A DNA stretch of 64,000 nt from Hemiscyllium ocellatum (taxonomy: Eukaryota), in NCBI RefSeq assembly GCF_020745735.1, contig NC_083430.1, forward strand, positions 25,224,909 to 25,288,908. The letters are read 5' to 3'. Position numbers and translations under genes: made by a program. The notes below the pieces were generated by a model. The model was not told the DNA's origin. It saw only the letters and a program-made list of their open reading frames with translations, and made no database searches. Positions 26,802-38,399 of the stretch are shown one piece after another (the stretch's first letter is position 1; each line of letters opens with the position of its first letter).

Positions 26802-29667
26802 CTGTATCTAGCTCAAATGTCCATTAACCATCTGAGAATTTTGACAGTTATTGTTTAATTGCAGAGCGTAGCTGAGCCCAGTTATACCTTCAACAAATAT
26901 AAGCACAAATATATTCCAGAAGTACCAGTCAGGATGTGGTTACTGTGGTTGGCTTTCTTCTACTTAACTCCAGACTAATTGATATATCTGAACTGCTCTG
27001 CTGGTTAAATCTAAAGGATCATTTTGCAATGGGATGACTCTAACTTGAAGCATCTCAATCGGAATTTGAGTATCAGAATTGATGCAATGATGTGGCCCAT
27101 CTCATGAGTGCGCCTCCATTTTTTTCTTTAATGGAATGGGGGTGTTGCTGACTGGGCCAGCATTTAATGCCCATCACTTGATGCCCTTGAGAAGGTGGTG
27201 GTGAGCTACCTTCATGAACCGCTGCAGTCCATGTGGTGTAGGTAGACACACAGTGCTGTTAAGAAGTGAATTCCAGGATTTTGACCGAGTGACAGTGAAG
27301 AAACAATGATATGTTTCGAAGTCTGGTTGGAGGAGAAGTAACAAGTGGTGGTGTTTGATGTATTTACTGCCCTCATCATTCTGGATGGAGAGGTAAAGTG
27401 GCATTAATTCCAGAGGACCATAGGTCTGTTCTCTCATTGGACAGAGATGAGCTGATGTTAAGTTAAATCTAACGGTCACCAAGTCTAAGGTACGGGACAA
27501 GGGTGAGAAGTCTGCACCTTCATGGTCACCTCAAATGTTATTGCTTGTGGGTTGAGAAGATGCTGTCTAAGGAGCCTTAGGGAATGTCTGCTCCTTCTTG
27601 TAGATAGTACACACTGATGCTCATTAAACTGCTGCTACTGAGAATCATTAGTTGAAGAAGTGACAGGCTGTGAATGCGGTGCCAGTTAAAAAAGTTGCTC
27701 TGTTCTAGAGGGTGTCAAGCTTCTTGGGTGTTGTTAGAGCTGCACACATCCTGGTAAGTGGAGAGTATTCCATCAAACTCTTGACTTGTGCCTTGTAGAC
27801 AGACCTTCAGGAGTTAAGAGGGTAATTATACATTGCAGGGTTCATAGCCTTGATCGGTTCTTATAGTCACTGTATTCATATGACTAGACCAATTCAATTT
27901 CTGATCAATGGTAACTGTAAGGGCATTGATATTGGTGGATTCAGTGATGGTGATGCCATTGAATGTCAAGGCTCAATGATTAGATTAGATGGCTCAATTA
28001 AGTGAACTATTAGGTGGTTAAAGGGGAGGGCCTGGCATAGTGGTAAATCAAACCCAGTTTCATGTACTGTGGATATGGGTTCAAATCCCCCCTTGGCAAA
28101 TGGTGAAATTTTAATTGAATAAAAGTTTAGAATTAAAAAGCTAGCCTAGTGGTGACCATATAACTATTGCAAATTGTGGTAAAGACTCATCTTGTTCACT
28201 AATGTCCTTTAGAAAGGAAATATGCCATCCTTACTTTGTTTGGCCTACACATAACTCTGGATCCACTGAAGAATGGCAATAAATGCTACCCCATCCAGCA
28301 ATGCCTACATCACACGGACAAAGAAAAATGAAAAACTCTATCTTCTCGGAAAGCATCATTGCCTGGCATTTATGTGACATGAAAGTTATGTGCCACTCAT
28401 CAGCCTAAACATGAATATTGTCCAGATCCTGCAGCAGTGAGCCTGCACACCTAGCATTAAACTGGTAAAATTAGCTTATTACTGTGCTTTAAAGTTTTCA
28501 TGAAGAAAGAAATGCAAAATATATGGAGGAGTTTTCCCACTTCAGTCTCCCATTGTAAAATTCAAATTACTAGGATATTCATTTTGAAGAAATTGCTCAT
28601 CCGCAGTGGATGATTTTCCTTGCATTCCACCTAGGAGTGTAGCAGTGGAAAATATCTCTCATACAGTTACTTAATAATGTACGTGTGAAAATAAATTGGA
28701 AATGTTGTTCTTTATGGATGACAGTGCTGTAAGATAATCATCACTGTTTATCATGTTGAATGAGCCTTCTGCTAGATTTGCCACCACCATCTCTTTCCTG
28801 TAGGAAACTACTGGACTTATTTGGTTTAGTGTTTTATAGGAAAACCACATGGTCATGTAATGAGAAAAAACTCTTGCCTTATACAATAAGTAGTTTATTG
28901 CTTGGTAGCAACTATGTACAGGTCACATTAATGTGGTAGACATTGTTACAGAGACAGACTAGATCGTAGATATTACTTGTTCAAGATCGTAGGCTGTTGT
29001 CCCAGCAAGCCCGTGGATAGTGCTTAAGAGAGTCCTCTTTATTAACCTTTCCAGACCCTCACACACTTAAACAACATTTCCCCCACCACCACAGACTTGT
29101 TTCCTATTCTAAGTATTGATTTATTCACCTCTATAATTAAATTTACCACGACACAATCTGGCTCCAAGTCTCTGGCTTCAAATGATACTCAAAACAATAC
29201 TCAAGCAATTTTGTTAGAACGTATTCTTTTTGGACATGAGAAATTGATAAATTTCAGAGTTGGAGACAATTGACTTTGATTCTTTTCTTGACGGTGTGAG
29301 GACTGAAAATCTCTTTAAACTGGAAGGCCTTTCATTTCTTGAATTTGCTTCACTGAAGATGTCTCTCCGGCTGAAACAGGCAAGTGCTCCATTGGAATGT
29401 CTGGAGGACCTTTAATTTCACAAAATTCTTTCACTCAGCTGATTGCCCTGTTGAAATAATCACTTTCTTTTTGCAGTAGCCTGAATCACAGCCAGATAAT
29501 TTCTTTGACATAGTATGCTAGTCTGTGAACAGGGCATTTCGTCTTGGCCATATTCTGAATCTTTGGACTTTGATCATGCCTTCCCATTAGTGCTTCCATG
29601 GAGTCTTCAATCTGTGTCAGCAGATTTCTATTTTATTCTATTGGCTGATAAATCCATGGTAAAGAGT

Positions 29668-30010
29668 AGAGGTGATGGCCTAGCGCTATTATCACTAGAC
29701 TGTTAATCCAGGCACCCAGACAATGTTCTGGGCACATGGGTTCAAATCCCACCATGGCAGATGATGCAATTTGAATTCAATAAAAGTATCTTGAATTAAG
29801 GATCTAATTACTACTATAAATCCATTGCCAATTGTTGGGAAAAACCCATTTGGTTCACTAACTTCCTTTAGGGAAGGAAGTCTGCCATCCTTACCTGGTC
29901 TGGCCTACATGTGATTCCAGCACTACAACAACGCGGTTGACTCTCAACTGGCCTCTGGGCAATAAATGCTACCCAGCCAGTGACACCTTCATCCTGTTAC
30001 AGAATTTTTT
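29668..30010 (+). mobile_element. tRNA-derived SINE sharing its 3' tail with the second LINE family
   Basis: ggtgatggcctagcg...gggttcaaatcccaccatggcagat...ggcctacatgtga...gggcaataaatgct; related copies at 15738-16035 (+), 28024-28330 (+) and 41395-41740 (-). Confidence 0.8.
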
Positions 30011-31000
30011 AAAATCCTCTAATTTCAATTTGGTGATTCAGATGGATGCTTCATTGACTGTCTGTGATTGCATTATTGTTGAAACAAGCGTGCTCACTTC
30101 CTCAGTCAGACTACTTGAAGCTTGCTTTTTGTTTGGAATACCAACTATCACTGGTACTGAAAATTCTAACTGAGAGGACAAGGAATTGAAATTCTCTGTT
30201 TGAAATTACTTTGTCAGAATCAGTCCAGCGGCTGACATCAAAATTAATTCTGTCAATACTGTTTGTTTTCCAAGCTGAATTGCACTCTGAATTGTGTCAA
30301 TGAAGACTCACCAATGAGCTCAAGTGGGGTATGCTGCTCATTGGCCATCTCATCATTTGTGTTTCCTTTCAAACCTTATTGATTCTGAATTCTCTATAAT
30401 GTTGACAGCAGTGGAAAATATTTCTGTCAATTCAGTACAGATGCAGGTTTCCATATTACTCACCATAGGAAACAAATTTATTATGCCAACGTAGCGGTGG
30501 ATACTATTTTTTGTTTCATTTCTGCCATGAGTCTAGACCACTCTATAAAATATTTTACCAGTTGTCACTTAACTAATTTTTCCATGACTGACTATCCAGT
30601 AACTAAATATTTTTTCACCTGATGCTCCATGAATGACTTTTCTTTGACCCATGGTTTCTTGACATTAACAAGTTTTACCCCTTTCATTATTTGAAGATTC
30701 AGGTCAAAACACATTCATGCTCAAAAATGTAGTTTCTTGATTGTGAAATATGTATAAGTTCTCTGTCATGTTGTATCCATTGTGTTTAGAGAGTTGATTG
30801 TAGCATATCTTTCATATTTTGTGCTATACCTCCTGGACCATGCATTACTTTCAATAGTAGACAGTATTTCTTCAACCATGGGACACTGATAATACAGAGA
30901 CACTGGTGAAAATATTGGCTTTTCTTCTATTGTAGTTGTGTTGCACCTCATAATCCTTTCTGTGTGATTCCTTGTAGCTCTGAGAACATATTGAACTTCA

Positions 31001-31726
31001 TCACATATTTGGAAAGTGACCTATTGTTTTCCCAGTAAAGCATTCAATTTGTAATAGCATATGCTCCTAAGTGCTGACGGTAACTGATAATATCTTGTAT
31101 CTATTGTACTTGCAGCATTTTTTTTCTCACAAGTGTCTGGAGGAGTTCTGACCCCTAAGAACTGAATGGATTCTGCTGGTTTCAAATGAGAAGGTTCTCC
31201 CTCTCCTTTGAGGACTCACTTGTGCTGCTTCTGGACATGTCTTTCACTAACCACTTGAATGACTTCCTCTGGAGTAAAACTCCCTGTTGACAGTGATACT
31301 TTTAACAAAGACTCATCAACGATTCCATTAATAATTCTATCCCTTATAAATTCTGACTTTAAGTCTTCATGATCTCATTTTACCATTAATTCATACAGAA
31401 CTTTAATGAAATTATATTTGAATTCCCCGGGTTGCTGAACTCTTCCATTACACCTTGCTCCTTTCAAATATTTTATTTCTTCTGAAGTTAAAGTAATTCT
31501 CAAAGTTTTTCAGAACTTCATCCAAAGAACCTATTGCTTCTTTTACACCCTAGCATGCTGCAACATCAACAATGCTTCCAATTCTATACAACATTATGTT
31601 CACTTGTTCAGCTTCTTATTTAGTGTCTAGTTTGGAAGCAGTCCTGTATCTTAAGGACTGCTTTTTCCAAGATGTTCAATTCTGCATTCTATTTGCCCCA
31701 TCTCTGAAATTAAATCTGCCAGCAAT
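31001..31726 (-). pseudogene. Ty3/Gypsy Gag-derived segment (capsid NTD+CTD and degenerate CCHC knuckle), disrupted
   Basis: Manual translation: RFNF...QN*TSWKKQSLRYRTASKLDTK*EAEQVNIMLYRIG...LDEVLKNFENYFNFRRNKIFERSK/NGRVQQPGEFKYNFIKVLYELMVK*DHEDLKSEFIRDRIINGIVDESLL...FTPEEVIQ; knuckle C-FT-[G]-KTIG-H-FPNM-[*] at 31001-31042. Confidence 0.88.
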
Positions 31727-32569
31727 AATATTTCTGCTGCAATGGCTTCCAGATGTGATTTATTTTACCCATTACTGCAGTTTTTAACTCTGCAATATTG
31801 TGATGCAGCGACTGTGTGCTGCTGTAATGAATGATTTCTCCAGCAGTTTTGCGCACAAAATAAATGAATCCTGCCATTTGCAAGTAAAATGAAAGCTTTT
31901 TATCTTATGAGGAAAAATTAACATTCTTGGTTTTCTTTACATTTCTCTAGTTGCTTTCTGCTAATTGTATTTCATTAATGGCTTTACTGAATGAATTTGG
32001 CTGCCTGCAGCTTTACAACAATTGACATTTTCTTACCAGCTTTATTGAATGAATTGCACTCTCTATGGCTCGACAACATAAATTTGGTTCCTTTAATTAC
32101 TTTTCCGACAAGATAACCACTGTCTGTAACTAAATATAATCCCTGTTGCTGTCACATTTTATTCTGAATGAATCCCACTTTGTGCTGTTTAGATGAATGC
32201 TTACCATCTTTACTGCGGTTTAAGCAATAGATTTCAGCAACCTCAATATTTCCTAACTTCTTCTTTTGGTAGATCTTGTCTGTTCAAGCTTCCAAAGTGT
32301 ATCTTTATCTCTTTAATTCTGGCTTTGTGACTGCCTAGATCTGTGATCTCTTTCTAACTTGTTTCTAGACCTTGATTTTCTGTAATGCAGCTATGTCTCT
32401 TGGTGTCTCCTTGCTATAGCAGTGACACTTAATGTGAGCTTATAGCTAGCATTTACAGCCTGTAAATTGAACTAATTTTAAAGTTTTCCTCTTGCCTACC
32501 AGGATTTCAACAGACTCTGTTGTCTGTTTACCTTCTGGCTGAACACCAATTTATTACTGTTTCTATAAA

Positions 32570-33245
32570 TCATAGAGGGTAGTGATCATAATTCTGTAAG
32601 TTTTAAGATAGTTATGGATAAGGATAGCATTGGTCCTCAGATGAAAGTGCTAACCAGGGGGAAAGCTCATTATAACAGTAATAGGCAGTCATTGGAGAAA
32701 TTAGATTGGGGATGGCTGTTTGAGCATCAATCCATACCTGACATGTGGGAATCTTTTAAATGCCGGTCGATCAGAGTTCAGTTGTTGCTGTGAGGATAAA
32801 AGATAAGGATAGCCAGAGCAGGAAACATTGGTTGACAAGAAATATTCAAAGGTTAGTGAAAAAGAAAAGGAAGCAGATGTATGAAAAGGAAGCAGGGAAG
32901 TGAAATCAAGCAAGGCCCTTGAGGAGTATAAAGGAAGCAGAACAGAACCTAAACAAGAAATTGGGAGGCCTAGAAGGGGTCATGAAATGTCCTTGGTAAG
33001 TGGGATTAAGGAGAATCTGAAGAAATATTATATGTACTATGAGCTAAAGGGTAATGAGGGAAATGGTGGATCCACTCAAGGACAAAGGAAGGAATTTATT
33101 CAAGGAGCCAGAGGAAGTGGGTGAGGTCCTTAATGATTACTTTGCATCAGTATTCACCATGGAAAAGGACATGGATGATGGTATCATGAGGGAAGAGTAT
33201 ATTGATATTCTGGGTCTGTTCCTGCGCTGTATTGTTCTATGTTGT
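32570..33245 (+). mobile_element. CR1 ORF2 mid-fragment joined directly to a 3' tail
   Basis: EVGEVLNDYFASVFT followed by cctgcgctgtattgttctatg. Confidence 0.8.
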
Positions 33246-33574
33246 ACATTCTAGATCATCAACAGCCAATGCAATCTGCAACTGTCTTGAACTGACTAAT
33301 CCTCTAGCTTTTTCGAGTCCCTAGCTCACTATTAGTTCTGTGCATCTCTTTAAGAAGCCTTCTGAAAGCTGTTGTTACAGATATCTGTCCACCACGCATG
33401 TGACAGGCAGCAAAGTAGGGTCTGCACCACCTGCCGCTATGTTGTAAAATGACTCTGCACAACAGCTAATCAGCTAGTCTGAGGTATCTGTTGATTTGTT
33501 GTGACTATTCTCTTTCCAGGTATGGAGCTCAAAGTCCTGCTTGGTCTCGTGTGGTGAGGAAAAACCCTTAAATT

Positions 33575-34212
33575 AGATTAGATTTATTTTTGTCACATGT
33601 ACTGAGATACAGTGAAAAGTGTTGTTTTGTGTGCTATACAGGTAAATTGTACCATAAAGTGCAAGAAAGGGTAGCAGAACAGAGTGCAGAATACAGTGTT
33701 ACAGTCACAGAAGATGCAGAGAGAGAGATCAGAATTAACATTTGAGAGATGTGTTCAACAGTCTAATAACAGAATGGAAAAAGCTGCTCTTAAACCTGAA
33801 CAAATGTGTATTCAAACATTTTTATTTTCTGCCCAATGGAAGAGAGGAAACCAGGGTAGGATGTGTCTTTGATGATGTTGGTCGCTTTTGTGAGGCAATG
33901 AGAAGAACTGATGGAGTCAATGGATGGAAGGCTGGTTTACATGACAGACTGGGCTGCATTCATGACTCTGTAGTTTCTTGTGGCCTTGGGAAGTGCAGTT
34001 GCCATACCATGTTGTGATGCATCCAGACAGGATACTTTCTATGGTGCATCTACAAAAAAAAAGAGTCTTTGTGGACATGCCAAATATCCTTAGCATCCTG
34101 ACAAAATTGAGACATTGATGTTCTTTTTTGACAGTTGCATTGACATGGGTGGACCAGAAGGGATTATTGGTGATCATGCTCAAGAACTTGATGCTGTCAA
34201 TCATCTCCATCT
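33575..34212 (-). mobile_element. Rex1/Babar-like non-LTR retrotransposon 3' fragment
   Basis: DSIKFL...WSTHVNATVKK...RCTIESILSGCITTWYGNC; tail gtacatgtgacaaaaataaatctaatc. Confidence 0.8.
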
Positions 34213-34285
34213 TAATATACTATTCAGTATTAACCCTTTCAGATCCTTACACCCATGTTCAACAGGCCGTGTTCCTTGGAAGGAC

Positions 34286-34380
34286 ATTCCTGATGAAGGG
34301 CTTATGCCCAAAACATCAACTCTCTTGCTCCTCTGATGCTGCCTGACCTGCTGTGTTTTTCCAGCACCACAATTTTTGAC
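34286..34380 (+). mobile_element. Family-B PLE fragment with degenerate hammerhead
   Basis: ATTCCTGATGAAGGGCTTATGCCCAAAACATC...GATGCTGCCTGACCTGCTG. Confidence 0.75.
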
Positions 34381-34402
34381 AGTATTCCCTGAAAGTAAAT
34401 CA

Positions 34403-34620
34403 GTGTTTGCATGAGTTTCCTCTGGGTGCTTTGGTTTCCTCCCACAGTCCAAAGATGTTTGGATCAGGTGAATTAGCCATGCTAAATGCCCATAGTGTTA
34501 GGTGCATTAGTTGGAGGGAAATGGGTATGTGTGTGTACTCTTTGGAGGGTCAGTGTGGACTGGTTGGGCCGAAGGGCCTATTTCCACACTATAGGGAATC
34601 TAATCCAATCTAATCTAATC
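34403..34620 (+). mobile_element. HE1 SINE, 5'-truncated
   Basis: Core plus (AATCT)n tail. Confidence 0.8.
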
Positions 34621-35214
34621 AGTGTACTGATACAATGCAAAATTCTTGAAGTTTTAAGTCCAGGTTTTCTACTTCAGAATAGTTCCAGTTTTCTTGGTCA
34701 TTATGACTTCTTCCATAGTTCTGTTCAAAACTTAGCCTGTACAAAGCAAAACAAATTCCATGTGGAAGGTGTTTTTAGGGTGGTGGCTTTTTGTGTGTAA
34801 AAGTATGAGTCAGCTAGGTTGCAAAAAATGTTTCCTAATTTATGGCTGCTTTCTTGCGCCAAAATAAATATTTCAGTGTCTAAGAAATTAATGCTTTCCT
34901 TCAGCATTATGACATTAAATTATTTTAAGGTTGGTTGATGAATTCTTCTGTGTTTGCCTTGCTGCGCATATGTCAACAGAAATACATAAGGTTTTGTGAC
35001 CTCATGACTGTATCACCTAATACATGGGTTAGTAAGACTGGTAAAAGAGCCCCCAAAAATCAAACAGTAACCCTCATATTAATCATCCTGAGATGATCTA
35101 AAGAATTATTTTGACTCCTGTTCGTAAATCACAAGCCACAAGCTTATGGTGATTTTAACCAAAAAACTGAGCAGATGTGAGAAAATATTTTTGATATAGT
35201 GGTATTAAAAATGT

Positions 35215-35590
35215 TCTTTATTTTCAAATCTATCCATCGTCTCACACCTTCCTATCTCTGCAATCCCTTCAGTTTTACAATCCTTTGAAATATCTGCAAT
35301 CCAATTCTGGCCCCTTCCTCATCAAATGTCTAATTGTTTCAACATTAGTCTTCTTGCCTTCAGCTGCCAAGACTCTGAGTCCTAGAATTCCCTCACAAAA
35401 CCTCTCTGCTTCTCCCTCTCAAATCATTTGAGAATCTTCTTACAACCTTCGTCTTTGGACAAGCAGTTCTCCCTTCTCACATCTCCATAAGTGGCTTTGT
35501 GGCATGTCAAATTTTGTCTAATACTGTTTCAGTGATTTTTCTTGGAACATTTTACTGCATTGAATCACTTATAAATATAAATTGTTGTTT
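35215..35590 (+). mobile_element. L2-like LINE 3' end
   Basis: ttcaaatctatccatcgtctcacaccttcctatctctgcaat...gccttcagctgcc...ataaatataaattgttgt. Confidence 0.55.
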
Positions 35591-36555
35591 TTGTTGTAAT
35601 CAAAAATGCATGGCCAGAAAAGGTGGTGGAGAAACTTCAATAGTAATATTCAAAAGAGAATGGGATAAGTACTTCACGAAGAATTATGTGGAGTTATGAG
35701 GAAAGGGACAGGGGTTGGCACTAATTAGATAGCTCTGTAATGGGCTGAAACAGCTCAAAGTGATTTACTGTATCAATATGTGATTCTATGGTTGTCTTAA
35801 ATGTGTTCACGGATAGTTATATAGTTAATTTAGCAATGGGTGAACAGAAAAACTTTGGTGTAATTCAATTGGAATTCATCCTCTCACAGCAAACATAAAC
35901 ACAGATCCATGACCACTGGAAACACTCACTTATTTAAATTGCAGAATTTGAAGACTGACAATACAGAAGGTTTATCATTATTTAAATGAAAAATAAGTTA
36001 GGTCAGTGCTTTTCTTCTCAGGCTTGGTTTCTACTTTCAATCATTTCATCTTTTCATTCCCCACCAACATACCATCCCCTCACTCATTCATTCACTTCCA
36101 GATCTCCTAAAATCCTAAAAACAAAGTCTCTTTTTGTTTCCTGTGACTAACTACCCCTGTTTTATATGCATGCTCTCCGTTCCTTATGATTATTTTTATC
36201 TGTCACTTGTCTCATCCATATCGTGATGATCTGTTAATACATAATTGTCTTTTCGCTGGTTCCTTTCCTTTGCATTTTGTTAGGACTTTGGAAAAAAGAG
36301 CCAAACAAATGTTTAGAGGGAAGATTTATCGCCCTAGAAATTCCTGGAAAAACTGGTTTTCATAGGGACAATGGGACCCTCCATTCATGGTTGCTGAGCA
36401 ACCTTTTATGGAGTTGGCCTTGATTTTCAAACACCTACGGAATCCAAAGGAAGAAGGCCTCAAAAGCCTGCAATAAAGTTGCAAAGCCCTCTCTCTCGGT
36501 TGAAATCGGTGATAAATTTCAACATCTTGGTATTTTAGCTACCTTGTTAACCTTA

Positions 36556-36640
36556 GTTAAAAATCACTCAACACCAGGTTATAGTCCAACAGGTTTAATT
36601 GGAAGTACTAGCTTTTGGATTGCCTCTCCTTCATCAGGTG
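36556..36640 (-). mobile_element. Tail-less solo family-C arm
   Basis: Degenerate hammerhead on the minus strand; direct repeat TGTTAACCTTA at 36545-36555 and 36639-36649. Confidence 0.75.
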
Positions 36641-36786
36641 TTAACCTTAAGCCAACCTCTGACTTCCCAAACAATTGGAACCAAACAAATTCAAACCTTA
36701 ATTGGAAAGCCTTCCTTTAGTCTACAGCGTCAGCAATTTGATTTTATCAACCAGAAACCGAGTGAACTGGGGCAAGTCATAAAATT

Positions 36787-36979
36787 GTCGAGGAGAAAGT
36801 GAGGTCTGCAGATGCTGGAGATCAGAGCTGAAAATGTGTTGCTGGAAAAGTGCAGCAGGTTAGGCAGCATCCAAGGAACAGGAAATTCGATGTTTTGGGC
36901 ATAAGCCCTTCCTGAAACGTCGAATTTCCTGTTCCTTGGATGCTGCCTAACCTGCTGCGCTTTTCCAGCAACACATTTT
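36787..36979 (-). mobile_element. Short palindromic family-B PLE insertion
   Basis: Arms about 36829-36896 and 36913-36981; 42-nt tail; TSD CAAGTCATAAAATT at 36773-36786 and 36980-36993. Confidence 0.85.
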
Positions 36980-38399
36980 CAAGTCATAAAATTCCATATT
37001 TTGTTTCTCAGACTTTGGCCAAAAAGGCTGTTTTTCTTTTACTCTTTTCAGAAGATCATCTCTGCAGAATCATTGTCTTCTTTGTTTGTACTGTCAGTAT
37101 GTTTGAGTTGGAAATAAAAAATGATATTGTTTTAATTTTTAATTATAGCTTAAAGTTAACAACTTGTTTCTAGAACTTAGTTTGCTTTGTAATAAATGAA
37201 TTATCTTTGTATTCATTCCAGAAATCTAGTGAAAGTCTATTTTGTTCTGGATAGCTATACAAAAGGGAATGGCTGGCCATTTTTATGACTGAATCAAAAC
37301 TTTTATGCTTATGTTGCAACTCATGGAGGGGTGAGACTGGATTACTAGCACATTTCCTGCAGCCAGTCGTTGCAAATTTTACCACATATTCCATCTTCAA
37401 AACATTCTGCTCCTTTTACATGGTACAGAAATTTGTGACTGTAATGTCCTGGTAAACAGGAGCCTGGCATTTAATCATTCAATATCCCACAAGAACATCA
37501 AATGATTTGGTTGCTGATATTTGCTTTGTAACTGTAATTTATTCAAAAATAAGAGGAGGAACAAAGAATAGGGTCAAATATAAGTAAGATAGGAAATAAC
37601 AAATTAATTTAATTTCATGATTCCATTAATGGCATGAGCAACTTGATCTTTGCCCCAGTAGTATGTAATGTTATCTATAGATTTAGATAGATCAGTATCA
37701 TATAAAACTTTTATAAGTGTCATAACTACTCCCTAACATAAAAGCAATTCTATAAGATCTATGTTTAGATTAATAGAAGTAACTACTTTGGATTTTTTTA
37801 AAGTGGTTGTTATGTTTGAATGTGAATTTTCCCCCTGACTGATGATTAGTTTTCCATAATGCAACATAGCACATACGATTTATCAATAAAGTGTGTAATC
37901 TTCTCTTGTTGCATTCAATAGTTCAAGCCTCAATAGGCCATTGTACATTCTTTTATCTTTTGCACAGGCCCACTGTTATTGATGGATCATGGCAGGAACA
38001 AAGCAAATAAGAGTGGGTCATTTAGCCCCTTGAACCTATTCCACAATTTAGCTAGATCATAGCTGATCTGTACCTCATCTTTATTCATTTATCTTTGATC
38101 CATATTATTTGATATCCTGCCTGACAAAAATCTATTGATCATAGTTGTGGAAATACACAGTTGAGCAGGATCTACATTTGAGGGATTTCCCAGAAGGATT
38201 GTCTGAAAGAAAAAGGTTTCCTGATTTCATTCCAAATTAACTGGGCTCTAATTTTATGTTTTTGCCTTTCCTGCTCTCATTCCTTCTAGAGAAAATTTCT
38301 CTGGGGTGAACTTAAACTACAAAAATCGTGATCATGATCAGCTGGAATGTAAAAATTTAAAATCCCAAGCATATCCTCAACCTGCCTCCAATGGTCCTA

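Larger units (their letters stand above)
28671..37448 (-). pseudogene. RAD51AP2-like pseudogene, giant low-complexity exon(s) interrupted by later TE insertions
   Basis: ctcctgtttaccag acceptor (AG at 37449-37450); SPLHELQHKHKSFDSV...EQNRLSLDF resembles recalled RAD51AP2 SPFHEIKNRCKANSV...SQNQPSLEI. Long S/T/N/E/K-rich minus-strand frames with scattered stops and shifts between the TEs, e.g. QTENFNSLSSQLEFSVPVIVGIPNKKQASSSLTEEVST near 30080-30200. An intron may lie near 35000-36000. Confidence 0.5.
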
